Assembly (NCBI GenBank): GCA_030592985.1
Contig: JAUVIB010000001.1
Location: 1-32,239, forward strand
Direction of reading: 5' to 3'
From: Calditrichaceae bacterium
GTDB lineage: Bacteria; Calditrichota; Calditrichia; Calditrichales; Calditrichaceae
Length of the DNA: 32,239 bases
Shown piece after piece: positions 27,013 to 32,239 of this stretch. A model generated the notes under the pieces. That model did not search any database. It saw nothing but the letters and a program-made list of their open reading frames with translations, and was not told the DNA's origin. The first letter of the stretch is position 1, and each line of letters opens with the position of its first letter. The translations under genes and the position numbers were made by a program.

Positions 27013-27043
27013 AAAAAAAAACCCGTAATGTTATCATTACGGG
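27013..27043 (-). terminator. Rho-independent terminator closing the TPR / fusion / STAS / DUF456 operon
   Basis: The plus strand shows an A9 run (27013-27021), then a perfect 9-bp stem CCCGTAATG (27022-27030), loop TTAT, and CATTACGGG (27035-27043). On the minus strand this reads as a hairpin followed by U9, 28 nt after the DUF456 stop. Confidence 0.85.
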
Positions 27044-27070
27044 ATAATAAATTAATTACCGGTTTTAATG

Positions 27071-27571
27071 TTACACAATCTTTGAAGCCAGCATAACCGC
27101 CACAGTAACTGCACCTACCGTTTTAATTGATAATCCTGCCAATTTGCCAATCAATACACCAATGGATGCTCTTATACTTCGTTTTATATCTGAACTGTGT
27201 AAATATTCGACAAGAAAAGTACCAACGATTACGCCAATTACTGATCCTACAAGCGCTCCGATAATCGGTGTAACGAAAGCACCACTTATGGCTCCGATGA
27301 CTCCTATAACAATTCCACCGCTAATACCCCATTTTGATGCACCATATTTTTTAGAAGTAAGAACTATTAAGAGGAACTCAATCGCTTCGACTACCAGCAC
27401 AATAGCAAATAACAACAAGATATAAGAGAAAGAAAAAGCTTCAAACTTATTAATTAAACCATAAACCAATCCACTAAGTGCAATCAGCGAATTTCCAGGA
27501 ATCCCCAAAAAATTCGATATTGTCCAAAAGCTGATTAGTGCAATAAATAAAACATCAACCAAAACATCCAT
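27071..27571 (-). CDS. DUF456 family small membrane protein
   Basis: The 166-aa protein has about four TM spans. It carries GIPGNSLIAL...SKKYGASKWGISGGIVIGVIGAISGAFVTPIIGALVGSVIG, the glycine-zipper-rich pattern typical of DUF456. Confidence 0.7.
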   Translation of the reverse strand: MDVLVDVLFIALISFWTISNFLGIPGNSLIALSGLVYGLINKFEAFSFSYILLLFAIVLVVEAIEFLLIVLTSKKYGASKWGISGGIVIGVIGAISGAFVTPIIGALVGSVIGVIVGTFLVEYLHSSDIKRSIRASIGVLIGKLAGLSIKTVGAVTVAVMLASKIV

Positions 27572-27583
27572 TTTCTACTCACT

Positions 27584-28285
27584 TTAATTAACATTAGCAA
27601 ATTCAAATCTTTTAACTTTGCTATTCAAATTAAGTTCCACCAATTTTGAGCGCACTTCAAACCATCCCATTTTGGTATAACCATAAATAGCTGAATTAAG
27701 TATTCTTTTTATTTTTAAAGCGCCTACAATTGGATCTGTCTTAATAATCATTTTTATTTTGTCATTTACCGGTAGACTTGCCGGATCAATATTTTTCTCT
27801 TCTGTTTTGCTATCATCCATTTGCTCGGTTGGTTCTGTACCCGTTGCAAATTGCTCTACCGGTGGCTGCGATACTGGTTCTGATTTAGGTAATGTAATTT
27901 CTTTGGCAACTGATTTTCCTGCTGCTTCCAGCATTTCAAATTTATTTACAGCTTCATCAACAGTATCATACACATCAAGTATATGATGAAATTCAAGCAG
28001 TTCAAATATCTCATAAACATCCGGAACCATGCGAACCAATTTCAGATCTCCGCCATTTTCTCTTATAGATTTAATTTCACTGATGAAAATACCCCATCCT
28101 GCACTGCTGATATAATCAACATTTCCTAAATCAACAATGATAAAAAACCGTCCCTGTTTTAATAAAGCGCCTAGTGCCCGCTCTAATTCCGAAGAGGTGG
28201 TTGTATCAATATATCCTCCAACTTTTATAATGGATATATGATTTCTACTACCGGCAATTTCAGTTGATACTTGAATTCCTTCCAT
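27584..28285 (-). CDS. STAS-domain anti-sigma-factor antagonist (SpoIIAA/RsbV-like) with a C-terminal HTH-like extension
   Basis: The STAS core is IIKVGGYIDTTTSSELERAL...IIVDLGNVDYISSAGWGIFIS, with the phosphorylatable Ser in the DYISSAG context. An acidic/Pro-rich linker and a module of about 50 aa follow. The ATG at 28285 lies 5 nt after GGAGG, whereas the track start at 28288 is a TTG. Confidence 0.85.
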   Translation of the reverse strand: MEGIQVSTEIAGSRNHISIIKVGGYIDTTTSSELERALGALLKQGRFFIIVDLGNVDYISSAGWGIFISEIKSIRENGGDLKLVRMVPDVYEIFELLEFHHILDVYDTVDEAVNKFEMLEAAGKSVAKEITLPKSEPVSQPPVEQFATGTEPTEQMDDSKTEEKNIDPASLPVNDKIKMIIKTDPIVGALKIKRILNSAIYGYTKMGWFEVRSKLVELNLNSKVKRFEFANVN

Positions 28286-28319
28286 CAATTCCTCCTTTTA
28301 AGGCTGGCTCCACGAAATC

Positions 28320-31300
28320 CTATTTTTCAGGAGTATCGATTAACGATTTCATGGTAATCTTACTTTTTAAAAAGTCTTTCTGAGCTAATTTTTTTCTAAT
28401 TATTTCGAACTGATCATTTTTATTTTCTGAAGATGTTCGTTTTATATTTTTTAATTGATAATTTATTAAACCAATTTCATTTATAACACGAAAAACAACC
28501 TCATAACCTATTAATTTATTGATTTCTTTGATATAATTCAATAAAAGTTTTATCTTTTCATTTAAAAACGCAGAATCATATTTATCATAATCTTCCGAAA
28601 TCAAATTTATACACTGTTGAGTTTGTTCAATAATTTGCCTTGTGTCTTTCAATTCTTTTAAATCGGGCGACGTAATAATATCGCTTAAAATGAGCTTTAT
28701 TTTTTGAATATCTTTTTTGGGAATATCATTGCTATCATAGTCCTTTGAAACAAATTCCAAGGCTTTTAAATTCCCTTTAATAGAAGAATAAAATTTATCG
28801 ATGTTACCTGTGTTTATTTCCTGGACAACCCGATCTAACAGTTGATTCTTTATTAAATTTGGCTGAAAACTATCTTGAACATTTTTATTTTCAGCACTTT
28901 TATTTATTATCGCAGTTTTTTGGGTTTTATCGCTTTTTTTCTTTTTCTGCTTTGTTAGTTCTTTGACGGTTTTTACTTGCTTTATCTTTGATTTTTTCTT
29001 TTTTGTTTTTGCAGACGGTTTGTCCTTTTTTTGACTCTTTTTGCCGGTAAGTGTTTTACTCTTTTTAATATTATCAGTTGCAGCTATAGGTTTTCTTATG
29101 GGAATTTTAGTTTCCCCATCCTCTTTCTTTGGCGAAAAAGAAGTTATGATTGTTCTTTTATCATCACCACCGGCTAAAACTGGTTGTTTAAAACGAGAAT
29201 CTACCGTTTTACCACTTCTCTTTTCTATTTCACTTTCTGAAGATTCAAAATCGAGAATAACTTTTCCGTCTAATGTAAGCAGCGGCGTCCCCGGCTGCTT
29301 AATATGTTTCTTTCTCCCACCTTTAATAATGTAACGTTCTCTCTTTTCATGTGTATTCATTTTCAGCTTAACAAGCTCGTTATAAAGTCTGCGCTCATCA
29401 ATTTCAACAAAACCATATTTTTCAGTATTTAATTCACCACATATTCTTTTTGTACCAAATTTCGGGTGATTCCTAATAATGTCAAATATCTTCGTTTTTA
29501 CCTCTAGAGATATATGTTTTTTTTCTATAAGATCTTGCCGAGATAAATACTCTTTTAACCCATCAAGACCACGTTGATCCATAATATTTTTATATTTATA
29601 ATAATGATATTGTGAGACTCGCATAAGTTCACAAGCTTCTTTTACCGTATAACCACTATCTACAAGGCTAAATAACTCCTTCTGAACATTATATACAACA
29701 TCGCCATGCATCAATTTTTCTTTAACAGCTACAAAAGTAATATCATCATTTTGTGGAGCGCCTCTGGTAAAGCCGGCGATATCATCCTGAATACTTTTAA
29801 CAAATTCACCCACATCCATATGTGAGTCACGTCGAATTGCTTCAAGGAACCTTTCATCACGGTATAACTCACGATTAAGGTTCATGGCTTCGGTAATACC
29901 ATCTGTATAAAGGACCAAGATATCATCCTCACGCAAATGGATAGAATCCGATTCAATTTTCATATCAAATAAATTTATATCCGGCAACTGAATACCGACA
30001 GGAAAACCAGTAGGATTCAAATAATATGTCTGCTTATTTGATCCCCTGAAAAGTATCATGGGATTATGTCCTGCACTGGCATAATGAATAATTCTATTAC
30101 GAGAATCCAGAATCATATAAAACATGGTAACAAACATACCACGTTTCATATCATCCGTAACAAAACGATTAACTTTAGCCAATACATCAGCTGGATTTTT
30201 ATTTCCCCTTGATTCGAGACGTAATGCGGTTCTAATCATTGTCATAATCATTGACCCCGGCACTCCTTTACCGGATACATCTGCGACACAGATACCGATA
30301 GTATCTTCATCAATTGTCACAAAATCAAATAAATCACCACCCACTTCTTTAGCTGCTTCATAATAGGCGCCAATGTCATAGCCCTCCACACTGGGGAAAT
30401 CGCTGGGAAGCAGCATGTGCTGAATTTCCTGAGCGACCTGCAGCTCTTTTTGTAACCGTTGCTGTTCCATCAGGGTTACCTGGGCTTCCCTGAACTTATG
30501 GGTCATTTGATTAAAAGCCTCAGCGATCTCACCGATTTCATCAGTTGTATCAATATCAATTTCATCCTGATCTACTTTACCATGGACAACTTGGCGTACC
30601 CACTCTGCCAAACCGTGAAAAGGAAGCATAATACGACTAATAAGATAGAAGAACCCTAAATAACTAAGTACCAGTATTAACAGAACAATTATTAAAATTT
30701 TAATTCTATATTTAAAACTCTGATCATTAATCACATATTCAGGCACACGAACATGGACATAACCGAGGACAGCGCCGGTTCCTGTAAGACTCTGATGTAT
30801 CGCTGCACTTAACTCATAAACATCAAGGGTGTCTCCTATGGCATACTTGTAAGCTGTCACTTGCCCAAGACTATCTACAAATTCATAATTATCCGGCAAT
30901 TTGTATACACCAAGTTGATCGACATTCTCTAAATCGCTTCGCGCAACCATTTTGTTATTTGAAGAGCTAATGGAAACATCATAAATAATATCGGGTTTGC
31001 TATTTTTTAATGCGTATACTTTCTCAAAAAGATTTAAATCTGACTCATTTAAAATATCATCTATTACATATTCAGATAATGTTTCACATTCAGTAGCTGT
31101 CCTTCCTAAAATATCATTTCGAATATTTGAATTGGCATTAATAAAAAGCGGTACAAATACAATACCAATAATCAGCGTTAATATGACGGATACAATATAG
31201 GTGTATTTCATGCGCATGGAAAGATCATTCCATTTATGCATCAACATACTTTCATCAGTTGTATCTCTATTTTTCGTTAGCCTGAATTCATTACCATGTT

Positions 31301-31685
31301 CTGTGATTGTATAGTTTATATCATCCATAAGCTTACGCATCATTAAGATGCCAAGCCCACCCTTTTTACCAATATCAATATATTTTTCTAAATCGGGAGT
31401 ATTCGCCTGACGTGGGTCAAAACTTATTCCCTGATCGATAACTACTATAGTCAGGCTTAATCGCCTAACAATTGCCTTTAATGTGATTTCACCGTTTTTA
31501 ACATCAACATATCCATGGCGAATAATATTGGTGCAAGCTTCATCAACTACCAGCTTAAATGAGTTAATAACTTTTTCGGAAAAGCGATATTTTCTCCCAA
31601 TATGCTCCACAAATTCCCTTATCTGAAGCAGATAACTCATTTGTGCTGGGATCGTAATTTCTTCTTTTCTTACATTTCTAAACAT
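28320..31685 (-). CDS. Multidomain partner-switching protein: RsbW-type Ser kinase / TM / sensor loop / TM / HAMP / PP2C (SpoIIE) phosphatase / HTH modules / poly-Lys tract / helical C-domain
   Basis: Kinase boxes: VVDEACTNIIRHGY, VIDQGISFDP, KKGGLGILMMRKLMD (nt ~31272-31658). TM spans: ~31140-31208 and ~30633-30704. HAMP: DEIGEIAEAFNQM (~30471-30632). PP2C motifs: EVGGDLFDF, ADVSGKGVPGS, LYTDGITEA, NDDITFVAVK (~29718-30443). HTH-like segments: VKEACELMRVSQYHYYKYK and HPKFGTKRICGELN (~29340-29693). Lys-rich tract: ~28911-29333. The ATG directly abuts the stop of the upstream TPR gene (TAAATG). Confidence 0.85.
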   Translation of the reverse strand: MFRNVRKEEITIPAQMSYLLQIREFVEHIGRKYRFSEKVINSFKLVVDEACTNIIRHGYVDVKNGEITLKAIVRRLSLTIVVIDQGISFDPRQANTPDLEKYIDIGKKGGLGILMMRKLMDDINYTITEHGNEFRLTKNRDTTDESMLMHKWNDLSMRMKYTYIVSVILTLIIGIVFVPLFINANSNIRNDILGRTATECETLSEYVIDDILNESDLNLFEKVYALKNSKPDIIYDVSISSSNNKMVARSDLENVDQLGVYKLPDNYEFVDSLGQVTAYKYAIGDTLDVYELSAAIHQSLTGTGAVLGYVHVRVPEYVINDQSFKYRIKILIIVLLILVLSYLGFFYLISRIMLPFHGLAEWVRQVVHGKVDQDEIDIDTTDEIGEIAEAFNQMTHKFREAQVTLMEQQRLQKELQVAQEIQHMLLPSDFPSVEGYDIGAYYEAAKEVGGDLFDFVTIDEDTIGICVADVSGKGVPGSMIMTMIRTALRLESRGNKNPADVLAKVNRFVTDDMKRGMFVTMFYMILDSRNRIIHYASAGHNPMILFRGSNKQTYYLNPTGFPVGIQLPDINLFDMKIESDSIHLREDDILVLYTDGITEAMNLNRELYRDERFLEAIRRDSHMDVGEFVKSIQDDIAGFTRGAPQNDDITFVAVKEKLMHGDVVYNVQKELFSLVDSGYTVKEACELMRVSQYHYYKYKNIMDQRGLDGLKEYLSRQDLIEKKHISLEVKTKIFDIIRNHPKFGTKRICGELNTEKYGFVEIDERRLYNELVKLKMNTHEKRERYIIKGGRKKHIKQPGTPLLTLDGKVILDFESSESEIEKRSGKTVDSRFKQPVLAGGDDKRTIITSFSPKKEDGETKIPIRKPIAATDNIKKSKTLTGKKSQKKDKPSAKTKKKKSKIKQVKTVKELTKQKKKKSDKTQKTAIINKSAENKNVQDSFQPNLIKNQLLDRVVQEINTGNIDKFYSSIKGNLKALEFVSKDYDSNDIPKKDIQKIKLILSDIITSPDLKELKDTRQIIEQTQQCINLISEDYDKYDSAFLNEKIKLLLNYIKEINKLIGYEVVFRVINEIGLINYQLKNIKRTSSENKNDQFEIIRKKLAQKDFLKSKITMKSLIDTPEK

Positions 31686-32239
31686 TTATTTGTCACCTTC
31701 ATCTTCTATACGGCTCTTAGCATCTTTAATGGCATCCAATACTTTTTTATTATAAGGATAATCAACAAGAATTTCCTGCCATATTTTAATGGCTTCTAAA
31801 TATTTACCCTTTACAAATTCATTTACACCAATTAACCATTTACGCTCTACAGCCGGACTCATTTTTTCCTGGCCTACGGTTTCAATCTTTGCCCTTTCAA
31901 GACCACTCTGTGCAGTTTGATTCGAAGGATCTACTTGTAATACTGCTTGGAAAATGCTGCTTGCTTTATCATATTCACCCAATTCCAGCAGCATCAACCC
32001 TTCCTGTATCTGCTCATTTACTTTATATCTTTGAGCCAACAAATCAACCTCTCGTTGGAAAACCTGATCACTACTTCCCAACATTCTCACTTCAGCGATA
32101 AGACGTAAAGCTTCAGAATAATTTTGCCTATTAAATTCCTGCCTGCTTCTGACAAGCAGAGAATTTATCTCCTCTTGCAGCCTTCTGTTGGTAGTTGCAA
32201 TTGAGCTTTTAACCGTCTCATTATTCGGATCACGCTCCA
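31686..32239 (-). CDS. TPR-repeat protein, C-terminal part; the 5' end lies beyond the window end
   Basis: TPR-like helices are present: GEYDKASSIFQAVLQVDPSNQTAQSGLERAK and GKYLEAIKIWQEILVDYPYNKKVLDAIKDAK. The track starts it at a GTG (32090). I translated the frame by hand from 32091 to 32239 and found no stop (...NYSEALRLIAEVRMLG...), so the gene most likely runs off the window. Confidence 0.7.
   Translation of the reverse strand, partial: ERDPNNETVKSSIATTNRRLQEEINSLLVRSRQEFNRQNYSEALRLIAEVRMLGSSDQVFQREVDLLAQRYKVNEQIQEGLMLLELGEYDKASSIFQAVLQVDPSNQTAQSGLERAKIETVGQEKMSPAVERKWLIGVNEFVKGKYLEAIKIWQEILVDYPYNKKVLDAIKDAKSRIEDEGDK

Noticed and set aside
29340-29693. Transposase-like HTH segments that might mark an IS element or a domesticated insertion.
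   Set aside because: They are in-frame internal parts of a continuous 1121-aa ORF. I found no DDE or recombinase domain, no terminal inverted repeats and no target-site duplication, so this is not a mobile element.

Overview
Visibly AT-rich bacterial chromosomal segment. I saw no rRNA, complete tRNA, CRISPR array, IS element, integrase or phage/defence hallmark on either strand. I support 27 protein-coding genes, 22 of them on the minus strand, and all look intact. (i) 1-7.7 kb holds the conserved supra-operon rimP-nusA-infB-DUF503-rbfA-truB-ribF-rpsO-pnp, with pnp cut by the window start. A sigma70-like promoter and a terminator hairpin lie inside its leader, which suggests an attenuator. 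(ii) 7.8-22.5 kb mixes housekeeping and signalling genes: DUF554 and DoxX membrane proteins, a stand-alone YjeF_N epimerase, a cNMP-binding domain fused to a divergent PFK-family enzyme, a PAS-GGDEF(GGNEF)-EAL protein, an ECF sigma factor with a small soluble ZAS-type anti-sigma, a U32 Fe-S protein, PIN-PhoH, MutY, and a patatin-POTRA-Omp85 outer-membrane lipase. (iii) 22.9-32.2 kb holds a secreted DUF4159-like protein paired with a 1127-aa membrane-anchored coiled-coil giant, followed by an apparent operon TPR / 1121-aa fusion / STAS / DUF456. The strongest candidate for an undescribed system is that last operon. One polypeptide combines an RsbW-type kinase, an extracytoplasmic sensor loop, HAMP, a PP2C phosphatase, transposase-like HTH modules, a poly-lysine tract and an unassigned helical C-domain. 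Its STAS partner carries a paralogous copy of the same HTH-like module, and no sigma factor is encoded nearby. All family assignments rest on motif recognition by eye and need HMM or structure confirmation. Gene content fits an FCB-superphylum-like lineage with Shine-Dalgarno usage, but that is only an inference.
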